Positions 17,847 through 26,823 of a DNA stretch of 64,000 nucleotides are shown here, piece after piece. Each line of letters opens with the position of its first letter. The stretch's first letter is position 1. Under the pieces are notes generated by a model. It was not told the DNA's origin, made no database searches, and was given only the letters and a program-made list of their open reading frames with translations. Origin of the DNA: an uncultured Eubacteriales bacterium (lineage in GTDB: Bacteria; Bacillota; Clostridia; Oscillospirales; UBA644); contig CAKSTW010000005.1 of NCBI GenBank assembly GCA_934501435.1, positions 134,011-198,010 of the forward strand, written 5' to 3'. A program made the position numbers and the translations under genes.

Positions 17847-19472
17847 ATGAAACGGAACACTAAACATCTGCTCGCGGCGATCTTTGTTTTTACGATCATT
17901 GCGGCGGCTTATTCCTGTCGTATGCTTTCCATGTTCGACCTCGGCGGTGTTTACGTGAATCATATCCGCGCGGCGCTTTATCTTCTGCTGTTTTCCCTGT
18001 GGGGTTTTTCCCTCGACCGCCGTATCATACAGAAGCAGGCGCTTCACTGCATGCGTCTGACGGCGGCTCTGATGCTTTTGTGGCTCGTTTTGCGTACTCT
18101 GAAATATGAAGTCGTCACCGACCTTACGGTGGCACGGTACATTTGGTATCTTTACTATTTACCGATGCTTTTTATCCCGTTGCTCGGGGTGTATATTGCG
18201 CTTTCTCTCGGAAAGTCGGAAAAATTCCGTCTCTCCGGAAAAATCGGCGCTTTGGCTCTTGTTCCGGCTGCGCTTTTTTTTCTGGTTATTACGAACGACC
18301 TGCACCAGCAGATGTTTGCTTTCGACAGCGGAGTTCCGGGCGTGCCTGACAATTATTCCTATTCCCACGGTTTTTTGTATTTCATTTGCCTCGGCTGGAT
18401 GGTCGCCTGTATGTTTTTTTCGCTTATCTGTCTTTTGAAGAAAAGCCGAATTCCGGGCGGCGGCAAAAAGAAGATCAGACCGTTTATTATAGGCTGCGCA
18501 ACGGTTCTGTACGGGGTTTTGTATATGTTGGGGATCCCTGCCGTACGCTGGTTGTTCGGCGATATGAATGTAATGTTTTGCCTGTTATATGCGGCGATTT
18601 ATGAAAGTTGCATACGCTGCCGTATGATACAGTCCAATACAGGCTATGTCGAACTTTTCGAGGCAACGACGCTGGCGGCATGTATTGCGGACCGCAACGG
18701 AGATATCGTTCTCCGTTCCCGGACAGCAGGCGAAGATATGGTTTGCCCGAAAGAGGGACTTCGGATCCTCCGTCCGAACGGGATACGCATTTCTTCGGCG
18801 CCGATAAAGGGCGGATATGCCGTTTGGCAGGATAACGTGCGCCCGCTGATCGAACTGCGCGCAAAGCTGAGCGAAAACAAGACCGAAATAAAAAACAACA
18901 AAGAAAAATTGCAGGAGGCTTATCTCGTACGGAAAAAGCTGCACGAGCTGACCGAAAAAAACCGTATTTACGATGAGATAGAGACAAGATACGGGAAGCA
19001 GAGAACAAGGATCGGGCAGCTTCTGAAACAATGCGAAGGCGCAGAGCCTGTCGAAATACAAAACCTGATGAAAAGAATTCTTCTGCTCGGCACTTACATA
19101 AAGCGCAGCGCCAATCTCTATTTTCTCAGCCTGGAATATGAGTTTCTGCCGCAGCAGGAACTTCGGCTGACGGTAGACGAGGCGGTGCGCGTCCTGACCG
19201 TTTGCGGGACGGAATGCAGCGTGGTCTACCATACAACGAAGCCCATGCTTTCGGCAGAAGTTATGCGTCTGTTCGATCTTTTGAAAACCGTCGCGGAAAC
19301 GACGATAAACGGGCTGCAGTCTCTGTTTATTTCCGTGTCCGACAGCGAGATGGATCTGTCGGCGGAATGTTCAGCCGATCTGACCTCCCTTATTTCTTCA
19401 AATGTAACGGTAAATCAGGAGGACGGGCTGTGGCTCATTCGCACCTTGATAGGAGGTCGGTACGATGCATAG
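17847..19472 (+). CDS. 7TM membrane sensor with a degenerate histidine-kinase-like cytoplasmic domain (pseudo-kinase lacking the H-box histidine)
   Basis: Start at ATG 17847 (MKRNTKHLL). About 7 TM helices, then a sensor-like segment (ELFEATTLAACIADRNGDIVL), a coiled coil and a C-terminal domain collinear with the kinase at 19465. No xHDxxx phospho-acceptor motif is present. Confidence 0.55.
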   Translation: MKRNTKHLLAAIFVFTIIAAAYSCRMLSMFDLGGVYVNHIRAALYLLLFSLWGFSLDRRIIQKQALHCMRLTAALMLLWLVLRTLKYEVVTDLTVARYIWYLYYLPMLFIPLLGVYIALSLGKSEKFRLSGKIGALALVPAALFFLVITNDLHQQMFAFDSGVPGVPDNYSYSHGFLYFICLGWMVACMFFSLICLLKKSRIPGGGKKKIRPFIIGCATVLYGVLYMLGIPAVRWLFGDMNVMFCLLYAAIYESCIRCRMIQSNTGYVELFEATTLAACIADRNGDIVLRSRTAGEDMVCPKEGLRILRPNGIRISSAPIKGGYAVWQDNVRPLIELRAKLSENKTEIKNNKEKLQEAYLVRKKLHELTEKNRIYDEIETRYGKQRTRIGQLLKQCEGAEPVEIQNLMKRILLLGTYIKRSANLYFLSLEYEFLPQQELRLTVDEAVRVLTVCGTECSVVYHTTKPMLSAEVMRLFDLLKTVAETTINGLQSLFISVSDSEMDLSAECSADLTSLISSNVTVNQEDGLWLIRTLIGGRYDA

Positions 19473-20424
19473 ATTGAAACACATGGGATTTAATGCCATT
19501 AAGGAGAGTTTTGACCGACTTCCCACCGCCGTATGCTTTTTTGACAGTGAGGGCAGTATTGTTCTCTGCAACCGGCAGATGTATCAACTGAGCAGATATC
19601 TGCTTGACAGCGATATGCAGTATCTCGGCGAGGTCGAGGAGGCTCTGTCCGATCTTCCGAAAGGGATCGTACGTATCCCGGAAGTGGAGAATACCTATCG
19701 GTTTCCGGATAAAACCGTGTGGAGATTTGAAAAAACGGAGGTTACCGATCGGTACGGAACGAACTATATACAGCTGACCGCCGCCGACGTTACGGAGTTG
19801 CAGCGCGCTTTGGTACAGCTTATCGACGACAGCAGGAAACTTGAGGAGGATTCGGAAAAACTGAAACAGCTTTCCGATAACGTCGGGGCGTTGGCACGCG
19901 AAAAGGAACTGCTTGCCGCAAAATCTGCCATGCACGACGGTCTTGCCTCCTGCATTATGTTGACAAGGCAGTATATGGCAGGAGAATTTGACAGTATCGG
20001 CGCGGATGTTGTGTGCCGCGAATGGGAGAAAGTCATCGCCTTTCGGGATGTTATCCGGCTGTCGGAAAAGCAAAAACTGCTCGACAGCGCAAAAACCAGC
20101 GGAGTTGCCGTGAGGATAAGGGGCGAAGAGCCGACGGACGGCGGGGCGGAATTGATGTACATTGCCATGCAGGTATGTTTGAACAATGCCATTCAGTATG
20201 CCAAAGCCACCGAGATATATGCAAATATTTGGGAAAACGAAGACAGTTATACGGTGATGATACGCAATAACGGCAAGCCGCCGGAGAAAAAGATCACGGA
20301 GGGCGGAGGTCTTACCAATCTGCGCCGCCGGATCGAAAAATCGGGCGGAAAAATGACAGTGCAGAGTTTACCGGAGTTTTCACTGGTGATTGATATACCG
20401 AAATCCGGAAATTCGGGAGGATAA
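19465..20424 (+). CDS. Soluble sensor histidine kinase (NarL-partner / HisKA_3-type)
   Basis: H-box AKSAMHDGLASCIML, N-box and G-boxes (..GGGLTNLRRRIEKSGGKM). No TM segment. The N-terminal sensor segment FDRLPTAVCFFDSEGSIVL is a paralogue of the segment in the upstream protein. The start overlaps the upstream gene by 8 nt. RBS taggaggtcggtacgATG. Confidence 0.75.
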   Translation: MHRLKHMGFNAIKESFDRLPTAVCFFDSEGSIVLCNRQMYQLSRYLLDSDMQYLGEVEEALSDLPKGIVRIPEVENTYRFPDKTVWRFEKTEVTDRYGTNYIQLTAADVTELQRALVQLIDDSRKLEEDSEKLKQLSDNVGALAREKELLAAKSAMHDGLASCIMLTRQYMAGEFDSIGADVVCREWEKVIAFRDVIRLSEKQKLLDSAKTSGVAVRIRGEEPTDGGAELMYIAMQVCLNNAIQYAKATEIYANIWENEDSYTVMIRNNGKPPEKKITEGGGLTNLRRRIEKSGGKMTVQSLPEFSLVIDIPKSGNSGG

Positions 20425-20426
20425 CC

Positions 20427-21080
20427 ATGGCTATAAGAAAAATACTGATCGTCGAGGATCAGGCGCTGGCGAGAAAATATCTGTGTTCCTGTGTGGAAAG
20501 GTGCAAAGATTGCGAAGTCGCGGGCACTCTGTCCTGCGCCGACGCGGCGCTTCGCCGATGCGGAGAGGGACACATTGATCTGATCATCATGGATATATGC
20601 ACGGAAAACGACTCGGACGGACTTACCGCTGCCGAATCGATCAAGAAATTCTATCCGCGGATAAAGATCATTATGGTGACTTCTATGTTGGAAGGACGTT
20701 TTCTCGATCGGGCAAGAAAGATCGGCGCCGACAGTTTCTGGTATAAAGATTCCCCTTCCGGTGACCTTGTGGGCGTAATTGACGGAACTCTTGCGGGCAG
20801 GCGCTTCTGGCCGGACAGCGTGCCGTCCGTGCGGCTCGGCAATACTCTTTCCTGCGAACTGTCCGACCGCGAGATGGAGACCCTGCGTCTGCTCTGCGAA
20901 GGGAAGACCAATTCCGAGATCGCCGCAAAACTGAATGTGGCTGAATCCTCGGTGAGGACCTATATTAACCGTATGCTGGAAAAAACCGGATATACGAACC
21001 GCAACCGTCTTATGATTGCGGCGGTCGGTAAACGTATGGTCGTTCCCGGATGCTGGCTTGAAGAGACCGAAGAACCCTGA
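20427..21080 (+). CDS. Response regulator, NarL/FixJ family (REC plus LuxR HTH)
   Basis: MAIRKILIVEDQALAR...DLIIMD (receiver Asp) plus C-terminal LSDREMETLRLLCEGKTNSEIAAKLNVAESSVRTYINRMLEKTG. Confidence 0.85.
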   Translation: MAIRKILIVEDQALARKYLCSCVERCKDCEVAGTLSCADAALRRCGEGHIDLIIMDICTENDSDGLTAAESIKKFYPRIKIIMVTSMLEGRFLDRARKIGADSFWYKDSPSGDLVGVIDGTLAGRRFWPDSVPSVRLGNTLSCELSDREMETLRLLCEGKTNSEIAAKLNVAESSVRTYINRMLEKTGYTNRNRLMIAAVGKRMVVPGCWLEETEEP

Positions 21081-21114
21081 CAAGACGCCGCAAATCAGAT
21101 AAATTATATTATTT

Positions 21115-21156
21115 CAGCCGTCCTGCTTTTGAAAGCGGGACGGCTGTTCTGTCTTT
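21115..21156 (+). terminator. Intrinsic terminator
   Basis: cagccgtcc...ggacggctg stem followed by ttctgtcttt. Confidence 0.6.
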
Positions 21157-21303
21157 GCGGTTACAATTTATTCACAATTAAGACATCTTTTGTCCTCGAT
21201 TTTGAGGACAGACGAAATCCCTTTCCTTTGATATAATAATAGCGGAGAGAAAGATGAAACAGATTCATCGGATATATCAAGAAAGAAAAGGAGGGATAGT
21301 TCG

Positions 21304-21687
21304 ATGCAAAAAGTTGTGGTAGATATGCAGAATTTTCTGTTCGGCGATTCCATAGCGACCGCTTTCAGAAATTCGGACTATGATATTTCCGTGGTTCGTG
21401 CGGAGTCCCCGCAGGATACCGTCGAACTGTGCCGAGTGTACAAACCGTTCGTTCTTGTAATGGAAGTTACCGCCTATACCCCTTGGCTGCTTTGCGAAAG
21501 ACTGAAGTTGAGGGATGCGGTGAAAGAGGTGTGTCCCGAGTGCAAGATTGCCCTTATTGTGGATTCCAACACCGAAAAACAGGCGGCAAAAGATATCCGT
21601 GACGCAAAGAAAAACGGCATTATCGACCAGTTTTTCTACGGCTCGATGACCGCCGAATATCTGATGGATCAGATTTATGCAATGTGA
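21304..21687 (+). CDS. Stand-alone receiver-like (degenerate REC) domain protein
   Basis: 127 aa. The VVVDMQ...VLVMEV...IALIVD pattern resembles CheY-fold strand order, but the canonical phospho-Asp position is Glu. RBS aaaggagggatagttcgATG. Confidence 0.45.
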   Translation: MQKVVVDMQNFLFGDSIATAFRNSDYDISVVRAESPQDTVELCRVYKPFVLVMEVTAYTPWLLCERLKLRDAVKEVCPECKIALIVDSNTEKQAAKDIRDAKKNGIIDQFFYGSMTAEYLMDQIYAM

Positions 21688-21722
21688 CAGAGATATTGAA
21701 AAGAGATGTGGGGTGAAACAGA

Positions 21723-24700
21723 ATGAAAAAAAGAAAATTGCTGAGTTTTCTGCTGGCGGCGGCGCTGCTGCTGTCAACGGCTTCTTTCTCGCCGGTGACG
21801 GCAGACGCGGCAGATGGCACGGTGGAGGTTTCTACCTGGGCGGAGCTAAAAAAAGCGCTGGACTACACGACAAAATGCTCGGTGGTGAAGGTCGTCGCGG
21901 ACATTGAAACAAAAGACCTGAACGGACACACCGGTCTGCATCAGGACAACATCATCTTCATGACAATGGCGATGGACAAAGTTCTGGATCTGAACGGACA
22001 CACCGTCAATGCATATGCGAAATACTATTCGGAGGTTGCGCAGGGGTATCTGATCAATATAAGTCATAAGGATGCCCGGCTGACCATCCGCGACAGCGTG
22101 GGGGGCGGCGTCCTGATCGGCGAGTTTAATCAGGAATTCTACTATGAGTTTATCAATGTGAGTGAAGGTACGCTGGTTATGGAGAGCGGCACGGTCAAGA
22201 TGCTGTGTCCCTCCAAAGATAATCAGTATAAGAAGTGCGCCATCGGTGTATCCGGTACGGCGATCTTTAACGGCGGCGAGGTACTGACGCAGGTGACCAG
22301 TCCCCGGGGCGAGAGGGAGGAGCGGTATCTTTCCCGCCGGCTGCAAGCCATTCGGGGAGAAGCAGGCGGCAGCGTCACCATCAACGGCGGCACCTTCGAC
22401 CGGGTGGTTCTGCACAGCGCCCCCACACCGGAGAACCTGGGAAAGTATGAGCTGGTGGTAAACGGCGGCTTTTTCCGGCAGTCCATCGCTCTGATCCTGG
22501 TCGGCGATGTCTATGCCAGCAATTTCGATCATCTGCCCATGCAGATCAACGATGCGTATTTCATGCGCACCACCGATAAGCTGGACCAGTGCCGTCTGGT
22601 GATAGGCGGGAAGATGCAAAGTTTTTATGACAGAAACTGGGATTACCGGTTACTTTATAACGATATTCCGGGCGCGACTTTCGATGATGCACTGAGTATG
22701 ATGGATGATCTAATACCGCACCTTATCAGTGAAAACGGCGCGGTCTTTACCGATGTGCACGACGGAAACTGGTATGTGCGGGGCAATATGCGCCGGTGGG
22801 TTGAAAACGGCGGGCCGATGATGATTTTTCAGAACACATCGTTCGGCGTGCAGGGCAGCATTGTGCGGGTCATCTCCAATGCCTACGGCGTGAAGGAGGT
22901 ACTTCTGGACGGCGAGCCGATAGAGTACGGCGAGCGGGGATTCAGCGCGCCGCAGGTGGATACCACCGCAGAGAGCGATCATCATGTTTCTTTTGTGATG
23001 TATCCGCTGTCCTCCATGCTGCGAGCGGGCGGGTACAGTTATTCCAACGAATATTCGACCGGATATATCCGGATGCTCGTCGACGACAGCACGGGATATG
23101 GAATGGTTCATTATCCCGATGTTCCGGAATCGGGGAACGAGCCTTTCCCGGTGACTTACTACATCAATGAATCCAATGTGGACGCTCTGACCACGATGGA
23201 ACTTCAGTATGACCTCCTGCTGGAGACCGACGGGGTAAAAAAATCGGTTATGACAGGCTACAAAGGCGCAAAGGTGGTGCAATGGGTTGACAGGACCAAA
23301 ACGATCGACACCGTCTCTCTGAATATCAGTAAACCTTTGGTTCAGGGGGATTATACCAGCGGAGATATCACTGCGGACAGGGACGCTTTGTATACGGTCG
23401 AGGATAATCAGGGCTATTGGGAACACGAGGATATTTGGGACCTGAACGGAAACAGCAGCGTTCCCGCGATACCGGGCGATAATTACTATCGCGCTTTCCG
23501 GGTGTCTCTCAAGGAGGGGCTTGAGGGTTATAAATTCGATAAGACTAACCCTCCGAAAGTCGTGATACGGGGTCTCAACCGGGACTGCGACGATATATCG
23601 GTCCGGGTCGCGAATGACGGAAGATCCATTGGAGTATCCCTGGCTTCCCGTCCCTCCGAACTGATTCAAAACGCATGGGGTACCGTCACGGGACTGCGGG
23701 CGGGAAGTCTTGTCGGCGGAGTGAAAATCAAGCCGAGAGACAGTTACTTTGATTTTGAGATAAAGGAGATCCAGCGGGTCAAAAACGGAGTCGTTTACGG
23801 CACAAACCCCGGCGACGCAATCGATCCCGACTATCTTTATCGGATAAAGATTGTGGGCACGGGCAAACAGGGGAAAACCTTCAGCAACGGTCCGTGGCTG
23901 TACGATTACACATTCCACTATTATCTCAACACGAACGTCAAACTGCGGATGAATAACGATTCTGACATTGCCGCGAACTATGAAGAGGTGTCGTATGATA
24001 CAGCCTCTCAGGCATATACCATAGATCTTGTGCCGGAGCCGGATTTCATCGAATACGACTATCTGTCTCTGGGCGCGCCCTATCCGTGGGCGGGTTCCTG
24101 CCCTGAATTCAGCAATAATTGGATCATCGGGGTGCCCGGCGGCGTCGCTGTCCGTAATTATTCATGGTTTGATGTCGAAAGCGGGGCTCGGCTGGGAAAG
24201 AATACGCCCTTTGAGGAAGGCAGATCCTACCGCTTCGAGGTGATTCTGGATTGCGAGGAAGGTTATTATTTTGCCGACTCCGAGATAATGGACGCCTATG
24301 TGAACGGAAATAAGGCAACAGTCACGGAGGCGGAGGGGAACGGAACCGCCTTTACGGTCGAATATTCCTTTGCCGTATCCGCCGGATTGCGCGGCCAGGC
24401 GGAGAGTTTTATCGACGGAAGCGACGTGACCTTCTCTCTGTTTGCCGAAGGCGGTACGGAGGCAATGTACACCGTAACGGTTCCGGGCGGAACGAAAGAC
24501 AGTTCCGGAAAATACACCGCAGCCTATGAGATACCGGAGGTTGCCGCCGGCACCTACACCATGAAGGTGTCGAAGAAAAACCACGTCACCCGTGAGTATA
24601 CGGTGACGGTCGGTACGGAAGCGGCGGTACAGAACGTAAAAATTCATCCTTTCGGTGATATCAACGGCGACGGAAAGATAACTACGGCGGACGTTCTTAA

Positions 24701-24842
24701 GGCTAATTTCCACGCAAAGAGGGTGAACCTCCTTACCGGATACGAATTCCTTTGCGCGGATGTTAACGGCGACGGAAATATAACTACGGCTGACGTTAAC
24801 AAAATAAATTCTCATGTCAAAAAAGTAAAGTTTCTTTGGTAA
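21723..24842 (+). CDS. Secreted dockerin-containing protein with a parallel beta-helix-like N-terminal region and a CnaB/CarbopepD-like domain
   Basis: Signal peptide MKKRKLLSFLLAAALLLSTASFSPVTADA. xLDLNGHTV motifs typical of right-handed beta-helix proteins. C-terminal type-I dockerin GDINGDGKITTADVLKANFHAKRVNLLTGYEFLCADVNGDGNITTADVNKINSHVKKVKFLW (duplicated Ca-binding loop DxNGDGxIxxxD). Confidence 0.8.
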   Translation: MKKRKLLSFLLAAALLLSTASFSPVTADAADGTVEVSTWAELKKALDYTTKCSVVKVVADIETKDLNGHTGLHQDNIIFMTMAMDKVLDLNGHTVNAYAKYYSEVAQGYLINISHKDARLTIRDSVGGGVLIGEFNQEFYYEFINVSEGTLVMESGTVKMLCPSKDNQYKKCAIGVSGTAIFNGGEVLTQVTSPRGEREERYLSRRLQAIRGEAGGSVTINGGTFDRVVLHSAPTPENLGKYELVVNGGFFRQSIALILVGDVYASNFDHLPMQINDAYFMRTTDKLDQCRLVIGGKMQSFYDRNWDYRLLYNDIPGATFDDALSMMDDLIPHLISENGAVFTDVHDGNWYVRGNMRRWVENGGPMMIFQNTSFGVQGSIVRVISNAYGVKEVLLDGEPIEYGERGFSAPQVDTTAESDHHVSFVMYPLSSMLRAGGYSYSNEYSTGYIRMLVDDSTGYGMVHYPDVPESGNEPFPVTYYINESNVDALTTMELQYDLLLETDGVKKSVMTGYKGAKVVQWVDRTKTIDTVSLNISKPLVQGDYTSGDITADRDALYTVEDNQGYWEHEDIWDLNGNSSVPAIPGDNYYRAFRVSLKEGLEGYKFDKTNPPKVVIRGLNRDCDDISVRVANDGRSIGVSLASRPSELIQNAWGTVTGLRAGSLVGGVKIKPRDSYFDFEIKEIQRVKNGVVYGTNPGDAIDPDYLYRIKIVGTGKQGKTFSNGPWLYDYTFHYYLNTNVKLRMNNDSDIAANYEEVSYDTASQAYTIDLVPEPDFIEYDYLSLGAPYPWAGSCPEFSNNWIIGVPGGVAVRNYSWFDVESGARLGKNTPFEEGRSYRFEVILDCEEGYYFADSEIMDAYVNGNKATVTEAEGNGTAFTVEYSFAVSAGLRGQAESFIDGSDVTFSLFAEGGTEAMYTVTVPGGTKDSSGKYTAAYEIPEVAAGTYTMKVSKKNHVTREYTVTVGTEAAVQNVKIHPFGDINGDGKITTADVLKANFHAKRVNLLTGYEFLCADVNGDGNITTADVNKINSHVKKVKFLW

Positions 24843-24935
24843 AAATTCTGTCTTGATGCCGAGACTTCCGCTCCGTGATCATACGGCGGACGCCGAGGCT
24901 TGAGAAATAAAACGGAGATATATCTCCCGCCGGAC
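24546..24935 (+). repeat. Shared 3' module, copy 1 (coding end plus about 90 nt after the stop, including the palindrome GGAGATATATCTCC)
   Basis: About 90 percent nucleotide identity with 29562-29950. The identity continues past the stop codon (taaaaattctgtctt.atgccgagacttccgctc.gtgatcatacg...aaataaa.cggagatatatctcc). Confidence 0.8.
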
Positions 24936-25003
24936 TTTAACTAAGCGAGGCTGCGGTCCGGTGAGAAAAAATGCCCCGCAAATAAAAGAAAAGGAGCTTG
25001 GTC

Positions 25004-26665
25004 ATGAACAAGCGAATTACATCTGTTTTGCTTTGTTTCGTTATGATCCTTGCAATATTGGCGACTGCAGTGCCGGTATTCGCGGAGGAGAACACAAACA
25101 AAGGTATCTTCACCGTCAAGGTGGACAAAACAACGGCAAATCCCGGCGACGTTATCAACGTCTCTCTTATCCTTACACCGCCGAGCGGCAAACTTACGTC
25201 TTTTCAGGGATTTTTCATTGCAGACACCGGCTTGACCTATGTTGCCGATTCCGGAAAAGTACCCGAAGGGCTTAAAGCTTTTCTCGGTTTTGACAACGTT
25301 GAATGGACGGAATCTTCCAAAATGGTAAACGGCTTCGGCTCGACTGTCTATGGCGGCACCGATGATATCGTTCTCGCTGAACTTCAGTATAAGGTCAACG
25401 ACGACGCTGCTGTCGGTTCCGTACTGACAATTTCCATCGAGGAAAACGAAGTATGCGACGGAACTACTGAGATTGTGGAAAGTTCAGTGGTCCCCGCGAC
25501 CGTAACCGTCACTGCCGCACCGAAACCGGCAACCGGTATTTCTCTCAATAAGAGCGAATTGACTCTTACGGTCGGCGACATCGACACAAGTCTGACAGCA
25601 ACCGTAACTCCCGGCGATTCTACCGACACGGTAGTCTGGTCATCTGACACCCCCTCTGTTGCAAACGTCGATTCCGCTACGGGCAAAGTAACTGCAGCAG
25701 CCCCCGGCGAAGCGATCATTACCGCAACGGCAGGAACAAAAACGGCAACCTGCACCGTTAAGGTCCAGGCGGCTCCCTGCGCTCACGAAAACAAAAACTT
25801 AATTCCCGAAAAGGCTTCAAACTGCTCCGAAAGGGGTTGGGATGAGCATCAGATCTGCGACGATTGCCATCAGCTTTTTGATATGAACGGCAATCCGATT
25901 GATGCAATTCCGTACAGAGACCTCAATGACGATCACGACTTCAACACCGAAGAATGGGGTTATAAAGAAGCCGACGGTCACGCTCATGTCTGCAACCGCA
26001 ATGCGGAGCATCATGACACCGTTATGCCTCACACCCCCGATCATGAGGAAGCAACTCTTGATCACGGTATTACCTGTACCGAGTGCGGATATGTAATTGC
26101 TCCGCAGCTTGAAGATTCTGTCGTTCGCGTCGAGGTTCCTTTCAAACTCACCGTTAAGAAGACCGGTGAAATGGATCCCGGCAAGGAAACCTTCAAGTTT
26201 GTCGTCGAAAGATTCGGCGCCCCCGTCGAATATGTGCTGGTTCAGGATACCGTTGAGACCAATGGCGAAAAGACCTATGAAGGCAAATTCATTTTCACGA
26301 TCAGAGAATCTCTTGCGGGCAATCTTTCCGAGGGATTCGTCATCCGTCAGGTAAAGGGAAATTCGGAAGGCTGGGCTTACGACGAGACAAAGTTCTATGC
26401 GATACCGGGTTTTGCCGATACCTACACAAATATCGTGGGCTGGAGATTCTTAAAGTATGACGAGAACGCAGAACTCGACTACAACAACCCGATCGACGAA
26501 ATCGTCTTCACCAACAGCTATAACGCAAAGGCTCCCGTAAATCCCAATCCGGATACGAGCGACGGTCTTGATATTTTGATTTGGATCGTATCGCTGTCCG
26601 TATCCTGTGCCGCTTTGGCGGGAATTACGCTTTATTCGCGTAAAAGAAGAACAAGCGGAAGATAA
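25004..26665 (+). CDS. Cohesin-domain scaffoldin-like protein with a Big_2 Ig-like domain and a C-terminal membrane/cell-wall anchor
   Basis: Start at ATG 25004 (RBS aaaggag). Signal peptide. Cohesin-like module GIFTVKVDKTTANPGDVINVSLILTP..LTSFQGFFIADTGLTYVADSGKVPEGL. Big_2 module (LTLTVGD..TATVTPGDSTDTVVWSSDTPSVANVDSATGKVTAAAPGEAIITATAG). His/Cys-rich region. C-terminus NPNPDTSDGLDILIWIVSLSVSCAALAGITLYSRKRRTSGR. Confidence 0.65.
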   Translation: MNKRITSVLLCFVMILAILATAVPVFAEENTNKGIFTVKVDKTTANPGDVINVSLILTPPSGKLTSFQGFFIADTGLTYVADSGKVPEGLKAFLGFDNVEWTESSKMVNGFGSTVYGGTDDIVLAELQYKVNDDAAVGSVLTISIEENEVCDGTTEIVESSVVPATVTVTAAPKPATGISLNKSELTLTVGDIDTSLTATVTPGDSTDTVVWSSDTPSVANVDSATGKVTAAAPGEAIITATAGTKTATCTVKVQAAPCAHENKNLIPEKASNCSERGWDEHQICDDCHQLFDMNGNPIDAIPYRDLNDDHDFNTEEWGYKEADGHAHVCNRNAEHHDTVMPHTPDHEEATLDHGITCTECGYVIAPQLEDSVVRVEVPFKLTVKKTGEMDPGKETFKFVVERFGAPVEYVLVQDTVETNGEKTYEGKFIFTIRESLAGNLSEGFVIRQVKGNSEGWAYDETKFYAIPGFADTYTNIVGWRFLKYDENAELDYNNPIDEIVFTNSYNAKAPVNPNPDTSDGLDILIWIVSLSVSCAALAGITLYSRKRRTSGR

Positions 26666-26695
26666 TATCGGACCTAAACCCGTATTATAATCAGA

Positions 26696-26740
26696 AAAGG
26701 GCGGGGCGGAAGCCATCCGTTTCCGCCCTTTTGCTTTTCC
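26696..26740 (+). terminator. Intrinsic terminator
   Basis: aaagggcgg...ccgcccttt stem followed by tgcttttcc. Confidence 0.7.
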
Positions 26741-26823
26741 AAAGAGAATCATTGCATAGGTTCTTTTTGTAAAGGTAAAAATTTCTGATATTGGTTTTAC
26801 GGTTATTATTCAAGGAGGGAAAA

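Noticed and set aside
22710-23918. 402-aa minus-strand ORF
   Set aside because: Antisense shadow ORF inside the dockerin protein gene 21723-24842.
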